NCBI GenBank assembly: GCA_022605425.2
Contig: JAKIMF020000001.1
Coordinates: 682,001 to 746,000, forward strand
Direction of reading: 5' to 3'
From: Hamiltosporidium tvaerminnensis FI-OER-3-3
Taxonomy: Eukaryota; Fungi; Microsporidia
DNA length: 64,000 bases
Positions within the stretch are counted from its first letter, which is position 1. Each line of letters opens with the position of its first letter. Below the pieces are notes generated by a model. It made no database searches. It was not told where the DNA came from and worked only from the letters and a program-made list of their open reading frames with translations. Positions 1-13,984 of the stretch are shown piece after piece. A program made the translations under genes and the position numbers.

Positions 1-1979
1 TAATGTCGAATTAATTTACATAAAATATGAAAAATATTTAAATAAAGTTAAAAAGATGAATTTAACAAAAAGCAGTAATAGTCGACATTCTTCTTATTAG
101 AGAACATAATCATGAATGTTTTATCCAAACTCAAGAGATACAAATTTCGATATTTGCAATTTAAAATCTTATTTTAGTTCTAAATACTGTTTTTTTTATC
201 GATCTTAACTTAAAATATGTGCAGAACCATTGAAATTAACAAAACTAATAACATTTCTTAAAATAAAAGTGGTTTATCACAGCTATCATATTTTACTCCC
301 CAATTAAAAGCTAGCCCAATTGTCTAAATTTATAAATGAAACACGAAAGTATCATGGATGTTGAAAGGCTACCAAAAGCGGGTGGTTGATATAAGTGAAA
401 CTTTGGAAAGGTCTTCAATATGAATATAATAAAAAAAATATAGACAAAGTATGAAATACAACTCTACTTATTCTAAGTATACAAGAAAAATGTAAAATTG
501 TTTTTTAATTCTTTTAATTCTTATAACTACAATTATATTTAAGTTGATGCATACTAATCAGTAGATTAAAGTTCAAAAATGTTTTCAAAGGAATGCGAAT
601 AATACAATATTTTTCAAATTCTAAATATAATTGTTTCTGCATCAACATGAGAATAGAAAAACTTTCTAAATATTTGAAATTCTGCAGTTTATTTTATCGT
701 TTGGGAGATTTATGAATACCGGGAAATTCATTAAGCCAAAATCTATTTAAATAAAGATGAAACTCGAAAAATTCACTATTTTGAGTTTATTTTCCGCGAA
801 TTATTGCTAAAAAACTTAAATTTGAATGATATCGGAAATTTTTATGAATCCATTGAGATAACATAGTTTTATTACAAAATTCTGAAAAAAACATGCAATT
901 GTCGAAGTTTTGTATAAAATCAAAACAATTTGAAGCAGATTTTTTCAGAATAAACTATTACACATGAATATAGAAAAGTCTGCCTATATATGCAATTCTT
1001 AAGGTATTTAGTGTTTTAATGTGGTTTTTAAAAATATATGTCTACCTTTTAAAAGACAAGAATATTTTATCTTGTACAAATCACTAATCAGATGGAAATT
1101 TATAGTTTTTCTAAAATATGCTTAAAAATGAGACACCATCATTTTTTTTGTACATTTATACCAAGAACTTATAAAATATGGTTAAATTTCTTATAAATTT
1201 AGTATTATTCATAGAAATTAAAACTTAATAGCTGGTGTCATTCATTTTATCTGAAAATTGTTATTCGGTTACAAATTACTTAATTTTTTAAAAATTCTAT
1301 TGATATATATGTAGAAATCATCAGCCAAAGGTTTAAAGTAAATGTGTTTCAATTCTAAATGTGTTTTCAAAAATTTACCACCAAAAAATTTCGGATTACA
1401 AAAGAATAACTTGATGTAAAACCAAAGCCAAAACGATATAATATTTTTTTTAATTATTTCAAAATTTATTCTAAGAAAAGAAATACCTATATAAAATTAA
1501 AAATAATTTAAAAGTTTGCAAGGCTCAAAACGATGAATTCATATAGTATAAAAATCGAAAGAAAAAATCTCGGGCGAAACTAATCGAGCTCGGAATATCA
1601 TGATTTTGAACTATATATAACTATGCCTACACGTGATTTTCACCTTTTAATCAACCTATATCTTTGTTTTTGATTATAATCTATTCTTTCTATCTATTTA
1701 ATGTTTTTCCCTTTAAAAAACTCCGATTTTGTAATATTTATACCACTAAGCATCTTTCACGGGTCTGTCAACGTTCCCTAGCGGTCCCTTCCTCTTTTCG
1801 CTTATTTTTTTTTCAAAACTCTAATAGATTTAAAATTTGAGGAACATCTGATTAACGAGCATCAACAAATACGGAATACCTTGAATTTATAATTATCTAA
1901 AAAAGCCATTATTTTTTTTAATTTTTTAAATTTCATACTAATATATAAATGAATTGGTAGTAAACATGTTTCAAAAAAT

Positions 1980-3200
1980 CTTTATGTTCTTCTGCAAATG
2001 AAAATAAATAACATGGTTATTAACTTAATCGATTTTAAATAATCCACAAAAAAAGAGATCGTAAAAAAAAGGCGCAAATTTTTTTTTACTCCATAATACG
2101 TTTGTCTTTGGGAAGTGCACATTTGATAAAACCAGGTTTTGCATGTTGGTTTGCTTACAAAAATATAATCAATCAACAAACTCTTTTTGATGCTGTAGCT
2201 AACTAAATAATTGCTTTATCGGACAGAAACACTAGAAATTACAAGAAAGTATTTCAGAGCTGGAATCAATTTAGCGAGATTCATGTCTTTGCGACAATCT
2301 AGGCAATCTTTATAATAAAATCAAAGTAAATTTCGACATTCTTGAGCTGAAATGTTGTATTGAATCAACTAAGACGGCCAGAATTAATATAAAAGGTTGA
2401 TTTGATGTGATTTACGCCTTTAAAAAGCCTTTCTTAAACCTTAATTTGTAAAAAAAACGAATCAGAGACTCATAGAGTTTCCATTCTATAAGTTTGATTC
2501 TTTTGCTCAAAACAATCGAGTTAACGCTATAATAAAAAATTCTCGCTTAAAAAGTCTTCCTCTATCTTAAAATCAGAGATATGCACAATGTTTAGTCCTA
2601 CAAAGATTTAATAGCCATTTGAATGTGTGGGTCAGACAGTAAAAAAAATTGAACAAAAGGCGCATGAAACTGATAGGAAGATATGATTTGCTAATTATTT
2701 CATTTTTGATTTGGTATAGCACAACAGGATCAGTAAAACTTTCATATTAGAATTTAAGCTCTTACTTGGTTTTCTGTTATATAAACATAGTTTAGGACGG
2801 CTTAATGGCATGAATCAAAGCAAATATAATACTAATTTGAATTAATCTAAAGCTTGAAGATATTACACTAGTGTTAAATTTATTTTTAATGCATATTGCC
2901 TATTGAGATTGTATCCGAAGAGAATATTAAGCAAATAAATCAGAAGCCTTTCAAATGTAAAAAAAAAATTCTTAAAAGTTTAAAATGATAGAAAAAATAC
3001 AAAAACATAACAAAGCACATTTAGAAATATAAAGAAATAATTATAGAGTGTAAAATTTAAACAATTTCATGAAATATGGTTCAATTCAAAATCGGATATT
3101 GATAGAAATATAATATTAGTCTGAAAAGTATTGCCGCCTTTTCATAACACTTCGGAATGAATGGCTGTTTGCTAATAACACTTTTTTTTAGAATCCACAC
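1980..3200 (-). pseudogene. Highly decayed fragment resembling the N-terminal half of the RLE non-LTR retrotransposon ORF
   Basis: Minus-strand remnants WKLYESLIRF (cf. ITMYESRRKF), SYSIKK (cf. NFYIKK) and TWFY..LPK (cf. DWYY..LIPK) occur in the same order as in the 8008..9666 ORF. There are many stops, and the similarity is weak. Confidence 0.3.
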
Positions 3201-5890
3201 ATAATACGTAAAATCTTTAACAAAGTTCCAAAATATATTCATATGTAAGTAATGAAACGTGTTTACAATAATTTAAGTGTTTGCGAATTCAAGAAATCTT
3301 CTTTTGATGTCATTAAATATGAGCGTGTATTTTTATTTGTTCCCCACTTAAAATTGTAAAGCTTCTCAGGACTATAATTAAGCTTTAAACGGAAACTTTA
3401 TATCAAATACATTGTTTTTGAAAAATAAAAATATCATGGCCTTTTTTAAGGTCACAATAGTTTCGAATGAGTGAATATAAAACATAAAACCAATTCGTAA
3501 AGAAATATTATCAATCAAACAATTGTATGAAAATTTTATTTAAAGTTGGATTGTGAGGAATTCTTAGGCAAAATAATCGATAAAAATAATCTTATTTCTT
3601 TCAAAATAATAATTAATCCTTTAGGATGTGTTCATTTGAAAGTTTAAAGAAACATAAAACAAAACCTTTAGTTTCAGAATTATATCCTATTACCACATAT
3701 TCTTCATTTTTTATGGATTTATTTTATTTTCCACAAAGAACGAGTAAAAATGATGTTAATTACAAAGAAATTATTCCCTTTTACTTAACATTGGTTAGAA
3801 GAATAATAAAGTAAAATTGTGAATAAATAGTGTATTTTAGGCAATATTAAAATGTTATAAAACACTTGAGTATTATAAAAAGCTTGAAAATATACTATCA
3901 CAAAAGAATTTAAGCTAAACCCAACCTAGGAACTAATCTCAGGTTTTTACTACAATCAAAAATTATTTACGCGCGCGAACACAATAACTGATATAATGAT
4001 ATTATCAAACTTCTATTATCGCATAGAATATCAGTAAGAATATATCGGGAATCAAAAGACGGCGCTTATACAAATATTTATTTTAGAATTCATAAATAGA
4101 ATATAAAAACTATATTGAAGTAGAAAATAAGAATCCTTCTTATATATTACTATAGTCTAGAATAATGACGCAGTGTATTTTCGATTTTTCAGAAATTTAT
4201 AAATTTCAAAAGACTAACAATCACCAAGTTAAAACATGTCTTACTCATAGAATTAATCGAGTTTTTTTTAAAAAAAATAATTATAGAGGCCTTGGTTCTG
4301 AACCGTTCCAAAAGGCAATACTTATTTATTTAATGATGCAGGAACGCGGAAACGAAACCATAATATCATAAGCTTATACACTCGATTTTAAAGTGTAAGT
4401 TTCTCTTCGAATAGTTTAGTCGTAAAGAATAAATTAAACATCACTGCCGAGTTTTGCAAAAAAAAAACATAAGTTTTAAAGAATTGCAAATTTTTATACA
4501 CTTGAAATTAATTTTGGCATACTAGAATCAAATATTTTTATAAGCTTGTGTATAATTAAGTTAAATGCTTTAATTGCCTGGTTTGATGCCCAATTCCTAT
4601 GCAATAAAACTTATATATTCTGCTTGTTTCAATGGCTTAATAACAATTCGAATTAGATCGACATTCTATTTTATATTTAAAATTAATTCCGATCTAAATG
4701 ACCTATTATTATTGATTTTAGTAAATTCCTGATATAACCTTTATTAAATAAAAACCGTGATATCGATGAAACTTATGTAAACTGAGACATAAAGCCGTGA
4801 TGCATATAATTAATATTTATATGACACATATAGACTAAAAACTACTTTAAAACCAGTAAAAGTTTGTTTTTTGCTAAACCCTAAGTAATACAATATAAGT
4901 GCAGCTGTATATATAATTTTCTTATTATATTCTCATAATAATCGGGATAATTAGTTATGGTAATTCTACCGAATTTCATATCATATATAGTAAAGTTTTC
5001 ATATAATTCACAATATTGCAATATATTACTTATATATATTCAGAAAATTAGCCAAATCAATAATTTTCTTGTTGATGTGTAAAAAAAGACCATGTGGTTA
5101 AAATTTAGAGAGTTAGAACACCAAAAATATTTAAGTTTAAGACAACCAATTTCTTGTTACATTACAATCACGAGCATAAGATACCATTAAAAAAAGAAGA
5201 GTAAAATTTTATAAATTTTTATTACTTTTGACTTGGTTTAGTTCAAATAGCTGACTTCAAATGCAAAATCGGAAAAATTAAGAAATCGTAGGGAGTAAAA
5301 TAGTTGCAAAATTTTTATTTGACCTTGGCTAAAACATATAAATTTATCCCTTTTACATAAAATATTAAAAATTTAAAGTTAAAATACATTTAAAAATCAG
5401 TATTATCATGAAAATCGTATAGAAAATGATTAAAAATTCGATGATTGAATTAAATATATTTATATTTTTGGTTTGTGCAAACATTTCCATCAAAGCTGCC
5501 TTCAAATTAAATTTATGTGGTCACATCAATTTTTAGATTTTATTAATTTAATTATGATTAACCTTTAAAATTTTGCAGAAAATATCTGAATAAAATATAT
5601 TTACTTATATTTAGCGACCAAAGATTAATCAGAATATTTTAAAAGAATCCAGAACTTTGGCTGTAAAAACATAAAGGACTAATAAAAATATCAAATTAAG
5701 AGAAATATGATGTTAAGCATGTAAATCATGGAATTCTAAAATCTAGCAAAATTTAAAGACATTAATTTATTAAAGCCAACATATCAGACTCCAAATCCAT
5801 ATTTTTTTATTCCTATAAATCCATATTTTTATCAATAACTTAATCTATTTTCGAAAAAGAATCGATGATAAAAAATACAAAACCTATTTA

Positions 5891-8800
5891 ATAAAATTCT
5901 GGGTTAACAAATTTTTCTTTTTAAATAATTCTTTCCACCATTTCAACCACTTCTAGCTCTTCCTCAAACTCCAACTCTTCATTTGTATTTGTTATTGGTT
6001 CCTTTGCTGTGGTTATGCCATCCAAAATAAGGGGTAAAATATTTTTTGTATTTTCCGTTTTAACATCATCTTCCTTGTTGTCTACTTGCTTTAAAGGGGG
6101 TATTGGTTGTTTATGCATTTCGGCTCCTAAAATAACACTTAATGATGCTCTCTCCCAGCTCTCCTCGGCATTTGGTCCAGACTCAAGTCCTCTTCGTCGA
6201 TCAAAATAAATTGTTTCGATTGTCTTCTTAAGTACTATGGATTGTATATATGCCTCTACATTCATGGGTATTTGCAGTCTCTTAACATACGTCTTATGGT
6301 ATTTTGTCACAATACCGTCCCAGGTCATCACAAAAGGAATTATCTCTACACTGCATTTATAAATAAGACCTAACTCATTTGCTAATAGGTCATACTTCCT
6401 AAGCTTCTCTGTTTCAACTATTTGAAGAGAGTCTTGGGATGTGATTCCTACTTCAATGAGGGTTATCCTATTTTGTCTCTTGTCTAAAATAAATATATCT
6501 GGTCTGTTACACCGGATCTTGACATCAGTTTTTATTCTGGTGTCCACTCTTATCTCTGCATATTCGTTATCAAGAATTTCTTAAACTGAGTGGCTTCTAA
6601 TTCGTTTCGAAGACTTAAACTTATATTTATTCAGCAAGAGTAAATGTATACATCGTACCACTTCATTATGTCGTCTAGTATAGTCATGAACAAGCATTTT
6701 TTCACATCTCGTTGCTAAGTGATTAACTGTTTTCCTAGACTGGTTGCAGTGTTGACACATACCTTCTGCACCCCAGAATACATTTCTATCCTGGATATAA
6801 CAGAACACTGCTTCATCCCGTGGTCTTACACTTCCTTTCTTTAACATATTAAGGAGTCATTTACACTTACAAGCTCGTTATTTCTAGCGCTATATAACTT
6901 TGAATGTAGTTTTCGGTTTTTGATTTCGTTATATAGGTTAGCTAGTTGAGCTTCTTCCAATTTCTTTTTTGTGACTTCCTCTTCCAACCCGTATTTTATT
7001 TTTAAAAAATTTTTAATTAGTGAAAGGTGGGTTTTATTATTATTCTCAACCTTTAGGATTGCTGCTCTTCTGGTCGATGTATCTTTATGTTTTTCCAGAC
7101 AATCCAAGAGTTGCAAAAGCATATGTTCGCTTTTGAACTCGACACTATGTAAACCTCTTCCAAGTTCTTTACGTGGAAGGTATAGACGTTCTTTGCATCC
7201 TGGGCGTAGATGTATTTTGTTCTTTACTAACACTGCACGCACCGCATCATCTAACTTAGAGAAGTCAGCCGGTTCAAGTCGGAGTACACCTATATGATAG
7301 TTTAGTAAAGAAATTGCATGTTGATTAATGGCTTGAAATAAATTTCTTGCATTTAATCTCGTGCGACAAAGTCTTTCTACTCGTGCTATAAGTTTGGACT
7401 GTACTTCCTCAAACGACTTACTTGTTGGAATTCCTCTGCTATCTTCTATAATTCCAAGGTATTTATAAACACCTATTCCTTCAAGAAGAGTAGCAGTATC
7501 TTCACAACATGGATCATTAGTGGCTGACTTCTCTTTGTTAATTTCCAATCCTATATTATTCATAAACTTTTTACCCTCCTCTGTCATTTCTTCCAATGTT
7601 TGTCCATCTTCGGCAAGAAGCTTAAGATCATCAATAAACAAGAGATGATTAGTCGCGTGGGATTCTGCATCTGTCTTTATTGTCACTTTTGTGTATTTCT
7701 CATTAAGCTTTCGGCTCAATGGATCCATACACAACACAAACAATAATGGTGACAAACTATCTCCTTGCAGAATCCCTCTATCAATCTTCTTGCTCATGAT
7801 TTTTTCAGGCCCTACTGATATATCAATTTTCCATTTTGATATAATTACCTTAATAAATTTCAGGATCCAATCAGGTAAATTAAGGTTTTCGATGACTTGT
7901 GTCAAATAAGCTTTATCTATTGAATCATACGCTTTTTTGACATCAATCCACGTTGCCTTAATATTGTTTCCGTATTCCTTATTAATGGCAACATTCAATA
8001 AGGCCTGTTATTTCGCTCCTTGCACTCCTCTAACCGCCCCCAACTGATTATCTGAAAGTAATCCTCGTCTTTCCACCTCAACCTGAACCACTTTAGTGAC
8101 ACATTTTGTAGTCAGTTTATACAGGTTTGACATACAAGTTATTGGTCTGTAATCAGAGCCAGTCTTTGGTGTACCTTTAGGTATCAGATAAGTAAGTCCA
8201 CAATAATACCAATCGGCTTGAGGCGTTCCTTCTAAACATATGGCTTTTACAATATCGTAAAGATATTTATGAAGGCTCGTAAGTTTCTTGATGTAAAAGT
8301 TATAAATACCATCAATTCCAGCGGCTTTCCAGTTAGGCAGCCAATTGATGATATCTATAAACTCTTCAAATGAAGGAAACGTGGTCTGTTGCGTATCTGA
8401 CACGAAAGGTATCAAATACTCATCATATGTAACTACTTTATCATTTTTATTCCACATTGTAGACCAAAATTCTGAAATTTCGTCACGATAAACCACATGC
8501 TCGGATTCAACGCGCTCAGATAACCCTCGATAGAATCGACCTCGGAATAACTCAAACATACGATTCTCTTTTCGAAATTTTCTCCTACTTTCATACATCG
8601 TAATTTTTTTCTCGTACACATTCAAGGCCTCATTCTTCTTAACCAAAGCCTCAGAGAGATCATTTATTTTGCTTAAGTCTAAATTAAACTCTCGCATAAT
8701 TTTTCTGAGACTTTTCGTTTCCGAAGTAGAGAGCTTTTCCTGCTTGCGAGCCTTCTCGAGGAGATCTTTGGAAAGTACTAACTTAGAAATTTTACATTCT

Positions 8801-9677
8801 ATGTTTTCCTTCCAAGCGGATCTAGGTTTCTCCTTACGTGTTTCCTCGTCATAACATACCTGGGCCGCCTGGATGATTCGAGCGGCATCACTAACATTCT
8901 TAGGCACATGAGATTCAGCATATTCACCTGTGATCCGATTTATGAGTTCCAGAACTTTACTATCAACCAATTCACTTGGAAGTTTTCTAGTTCGGACCAC
9001 TACATCTCCGATTTTCTTCTCCGAGAGTTCCTTGATTTTGCACAAGAACTTTTCTCTCAGGTTCATATAGAGTGTAGTGTCAGTTAAAGAACATGGCTCG
9101 GCGAGACAAGTGGCGATTCTACGTCGCTCTCCATTCTCTTCTTGCCTTATTTCTTTTTCTGCCTCATTATGTATTAATTTTTTTAACACATCGATATCAA
9201 CAGTTCGACCAAATTTCCCATTATAGTACCTAAGAATTGCAGACCAGCCATTTCTAGGCATTCTCTCAAACCTTTTTTGCACCGCTGACATAGCAGATCT
9301 AGGCCATTCCTGCTCTACGGCTGTGACAGAGTCAAGTATTGAATGCAATACCATCAGTCGATTTCCTTCTGGAATGGCAGGTGCATTGAGGTTTTCCATT
9401 GTGTTGGCTGGTCCACACGCAGAAGAATCGGGACAGGAAGAAGGGAGTGCGGAATCGAGCAGGCTGATTGGAGTAGCCTGAAGCGTATTGCTCGATGGGG
9501 AGTGAGTGTTATTATAGATGGTCGGTTGTGGTGGAAGCGTCTCGGATATAGTTACTACATCTCTATCACACGTTTTTATCTCTTTAAAACTAATTTCCGA
9601 GTTGTTTACAGCATTTATTTCATCATTTTTTATATTTTCGCTGTCAACTTTTTTTCTTCTACCCATGGAATTTTCCT
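5891..9677 (-). mobile_element. Near-complete non-LTR retrotransposon with RT, CCHC knuckle and restriction-like endonuclease (R4/Dong-like), bounded by a TSD
   Basis: Four ORF pieces join into one ~1250 aa ORF (9666->5921). RT motifs: KAAGIDG, YRPITC, DVKKAYDS, GILQGDSLSPLLF, FIDD, YKYLG, GRGL. Then CQHC..HLATRC, RHNEV, RPDIFILD..IEVGIT and KLRKY. Flanking direct repeat: AAAAATACAAAACCTATTTA (5871-5890) and AAAAATACAAAACTATTTA (9678-9696). Confidence 0.93.
5921..9666 (-). pseudogene. Disrupted RT-RLE polyprotein ORF (two nonsense codons, one frameshift)
   Basis: In-frame TAA at 8008-8010 (GAK*QALLN). Frameshift near 6845, probably from loss of one G in a TGG codon before LKKGSVRP. In-frame TAA at 6581-6583 (SHSV*EILDNEYAEIRVDTRIK). 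Confidence 0.9.
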
Positions 9678-9763
9678 AAAAATACAAAACTATTTATATA
9701 TTACTTTAATTTAATTTAAATGAAATTAATGAAAATATATATAATTCACACTCCTACACCATA

Positions 9764-10717
9764 ATGGTTAGAATATGGATTGAAGGTTGTTTTGATTTGT
9801 ATCATCCTGGTCATGTATTTGCATTTTTAATGGCAAAATTGCTTGGGGATTATTTAACAGCAGGTTTGAGACCAAGTGATATCATAGAAATTCACAAAAG
9901 AAAACCTATATTAAATGATGATGAAAGATATACAATGTTAGAAGGATGTAAATATATCGATAAGACTATAAATAGTCGTTTTTCGGTAAAAGAAATGATG
10001 GAGGATGAAAATGGAAAACATGTGAATAAATTATTTGATTTCGTCGCACATGGAAACGATCCAGTGGTTTGTTGGAATGGAGTGGATTGTTATCAAGTTG
10101 CAAAGGAGAGATTAATGTATAAAGAATTTAAAAGATTATGTGGGTTTTCAACAACGAATCTAATTAAAAGAATTATTTTGAGAAACTCGTCGATATTACA
10201 AGAAAATGATTATTTTGCGGAAATCGACAAAGAGATTTTGGAAAATGAAGAATGTCGCAAATTTATATCACAAATAGGCCCACAAAACGAAGAAAATAAG
10301 CGTGTAATATACATATCAGGGACTTTTGATCTTTTCCATGCTGGACATGTAAGTATATTGAAATATGCTAGAGAAAATAATTTTTATGTAATAGTGGGCT
10401 TGCAGAAAAACAGATTCCATGCTTCACAATTTCCAACTATAATGAGTTTTTTAGAAAGAAAAATATGTCTTCTATCTTGTAAATATATTGATTTGATTAT
10501 TGAAGAGGGTGAAGTTTTAGACCCTGATTTTTTTAAAAAATATAATATAACGTATCTTTTAAGGAGGAAAAATTCACTTTGTTATGAAAATATAAATTTA
10601 AATGAAATGAAGCTAAAACTATTAGAATTTTCGGGTCAATTTGATTATTTGAATAGCAAGTTAATACAAACACGAATCATTATAAACAAAGAATATTATC
10701 TCCAAAAACTCAGTTAA
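9764..10717 (+). CDS. PCYT2: Ethanolamine-phosphate cytidylyltransferase (two cytidylyltransferase domains)
   Basis: Two HxGH motifs (GCFDLYHPGH, GTFDLFHAGH), plus HGND and R..GFSTT motifs. This is the duplicated-domain architecture of ECT1/Pcyt2. Confidence 0.92.
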   Translation: MVRIWIEGCFDLYHPGHVFAFLMAKLLGDYLTAGLRPSDIIEIHKRKPILNDDERYTMLEGCKYIDKTINSRFSVKEMMEDENGKHVNKLFDFVAHGNDPVVCWNGVDCYQVAKERLMYKEFKRLCGFSTTNLIKRIILRNSSILQENDYFAEIDKEILENEECRKFISQIGPQNEENKRVIYISGTFDLFHAGHVSILKYARENNFYVIVGLQKNRFHASQFPTIMSFLERKICLLSCKYIDLIIEEGEVLDPDFFKKYNITYLLRRKNSLCYENINLNEMKLKLLEFSGQFDYLNSKLIQTRIIINKEYYLQKLS

Positions 10718-11149
10718 CGGTATACTGATCCTCTTTGAAATAAAAATATTGCATGTACAACGCACCATTCTTATTTTTTATCTTTTATCCTAATCTTGAA
10801 ATTTAAGTCTTAATTTGAAAAAAATATAAAAAATAAATTTAGATGAATCTATTTCTTCATCAAAAATTATTTTTTTTACCTTTTTACATATTATATAAAC
10901 TATATTCGTCTAAGATTTTCTTATTCTTGATTCAATGAGATAATATTTATTTGATAAAGAGTGTTTTTATCTCTTCTTTATGTTTGCTTATTTCTATCTA
11001 TTTCTATATTTTATTATATTTCCATAATATTTGATTTCCATCCTATATTTTGATTCCATGCATCGATTTCGGTATTTCTAGTTTCAATATTTCCTTTTTT
11101 TGTCACATTCTTTCTAAATAACATATATGTATAGTGGATTTATGTGTTA

Positions 11150-12320
11150 TTTGTTTTTATTAGCTTCTTTTATGGGATTCAGCGATATCTTTATTCCGCT
11201 CTTATTAGATTTTGTATCAACCCAAACATTTTTGTAGCTCAAATCGAATAGTTTTGACTGTATTTTTGGTAGTATAAAATGAATTATGTTTCTTGTATTC
11301 CTAGTATTTAAAGCTTTTCAAGAGCAACTTATAATATCTATTTACAATATCGTCTCATTTTATCACATAAGGTATTATATTTATACTCGTTTATCAATAA
11401 AACTTAAATAATTTTCATGAAAAACCGTAGCTCATGGCTTTGTTTTTAGATATTTGAAGCAAATATTTTAGCAATTCAGACTGCAATAAGTGGGCTATTA
11501 TTTAATTTCTTATTATAAATGAACAGGCACATTTATTCTGAATTTATAATCCGTTTGCGTTTTTCTATCCATTTTTATTTTCGTACACTTATTTCTAAAG
11601 ACTTTTTGAAAAAAATGTGTGCCGATTAATTCCGAAGTTCCGAAGTGACATTAATCTGTATAAATTAGACATGAGCGCCTGACTTATTCCCTATGGCATC
11701 TAGACAGCTTTATCTGAGCCGCTTTTATACGAGTTTTTACAATTCACGAACTTCACATTTCTTTCGTACTCCTGGAATCCATTTCTATCCTGGATGTACC
11801 CAAAACCGTTTCATAGTGTAGCTTGAATCACATTTCTTAGCGATTCGAGAAGAAAAAATACGTTAAATAACTTATATTTCTTGCACTATAAGTATGTAAG
11901 CAATTTTAAGGTTTTCTATTTTGTTATATAAATTGCATGTTTGTGCTTTTTCTAAATTTTTTGGTTGGCTCTTCTTCCATCATATGCTTTATTTACTGAA
12001 AGTCCCTTAATAATATAGGCATGTTTTACTGTATACCTCTATATTTAAGATATTTGCTATTTGTATTTATATTTATTTAACAGAAATCTACGAGTTGAAA
12101 AAAAATAAATTTTCAAAGCTTAATGCCATGAAGGTATTTTAAGAGTTCCAATTCAGAAATGTTGCGACATTTCTACTTCTTTGCTTAAGATAGCCTTATT
12201 TTTTTACTTTCATAGGACACAGTATCAATTAACCCGAAGAAATCTGCCGATTCATGGTCGAAGTACTCTCTATGCGATGTGGATAAACGATTCCACATTC
12301 TCATTAACAGCATAAAGTAA
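11150..12320 (-). pseudogene. Decayed 3' part (RT thumb to RLE) of a related RLE retrotransposon
   Basis: Minus-strand remnants YIQDRN (~11790) and IIPYVIK*DDIVNRYYK (~11360; cf. IIPFVMTWDGIVTKYHK). Positions 12240-12310 align to 7261-7335. Confidence 0.7.
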
Positions 12321-13984
12321 ATTTTTTACTTAATTAATGTGAAATTAGTTTTCAGCTTAAACATTAATGTTTTTTAACTTCCTGAATGATCAAGATTTAT
12401 TTTTTTTCCTTCAATCCTCGTTATTACTAAATATTTATAAACAATAACTCTTTCTAGAAAATTATCAGTTCTTTTACAAAACGTATCATTTATAGCTGAT
12501 TTATTCTTGTTAATATCCAGTGCTATTTTTACCAGAAATATATATTTCATTTGTTTTTAAATTAGTTAGTTTATAAAGTATATACTGTAACTAATTAAAG
12601 TTTTATACTTAATTTAATTTCATCTTAACTATAAATTGTATGATGGTCTTTGTTTTTTTAGCATTATAAAGTTACTTTTCATATGGAAAATATATTTAAT
12701 TTTACAAATGGGTTTTATAATATCGCATAAAATCGACACCGTTGCCTTTTATAACTAAGTAGGTAGTTATTTGCGTTTTTTTTCGGTTAGCTTAAACACC
12801 AAAATATGATACTAAAAAAAATTATCCACATATATTAATAAATTTAGAAAAAATTTAAGGATTTATGTTGTTAAATATAGATTATATATACAACAAGAGG
12901 CGTAATTTAGATTTTTTAACAATGTTCAGAAATGTTATTTCACTAAATTAAACTTTAGAATTAATTTTAAATAAGGTATTGTGCTTGGGGAGAAAAGAGC
13001 GTTTAAATTTACAAAGCAAATTCTGGAAAATAAAACGTAGTATAAAGGCACTGCATCTTTTGTAAAAGGAACGGGTGTTCCAAACTATTTGAAAAAATAG
13101 AAGGTTCCAGACCAAATCCAATAATTAAGCCAGTTTAAGGGGAAAAAATCAATTCAATAATGAAAATTTGAATGAATTTTTATCCAAGATTATGCGAAAC
13201 TATATATTTTGAATATATCAAGGTGCAATAGCGTTCATCGATTATTTATGGGGGTAAATTGAATTTAATCGGCTACTCTCTTTATCCTCTCTGGATAAAA
13301 TGTAAGATTTTAGTGATGAACTTAATACTTCTTTGATATAATATATCAAATAGTTTATTTGTAACTTTACTTGAAAGATGTTTAGATAGTCTGAGTTAAA
13401 ATCCAAGTACACGCCTCTTTAATCTATAAATTGCCTTGATGACGAAATAGCCCATTCAAAATAACAAGACACTTTCCAGCTAAAAAATACTAAATAAAAG
13501 GCTATACTTGTTCATAAAATTCATTCTCCAAATTAAATATAGGTTTAACTAGATGTCAACAAAATAAATTAGAAGAGGTAGAAGTAACAAATCTATAAAA
13601 ATAACTAAAATAAAAAGCTATTTTCACGGTTATAAAATTTAAGAAAAGGAGAAAGTGGGTGTCATTGACTCCTGCAATATTCCCAAATAAAAGAAACAGT
13701 AGGCTGCTTGCGTAAACCAGTGATCTATATATCCAGAATATTTAATGTACTTGAGATCGGACGAAAATTTTCATTACTGCAATCATCTAGCGAGACAATG
13801 GACACTGGGTGACTTGATGTGAAAAAATTTCTGAACATCACTATAGCATACAGCCTAATGACAGTTCAATCCTTACATCTTCATTTTACTTATTCCGAAC
13901 CGCTTTTATCTCACAGTATCAAAGATGAACAAATGGAACTTTCTTCTTGTTTCTTTAAGTATTTTACGGATATAATACCATTAT

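Noticed and set aside
6581-8010. TAA reassignment or readthrough (TAA where Glu and Gln are likely)
   Set aside because: Host genes here end in TAA, the two sites imply different amino acids, and the element also has a frameshift. Simple decay explains it.
6009-9714. Plus-strand ORFs 6009, 6971, 7691, 8669 and 9343, and the nested ORF 8433
   Set aside because: These are shadow ORFs of the retrotransposon coding sequence.
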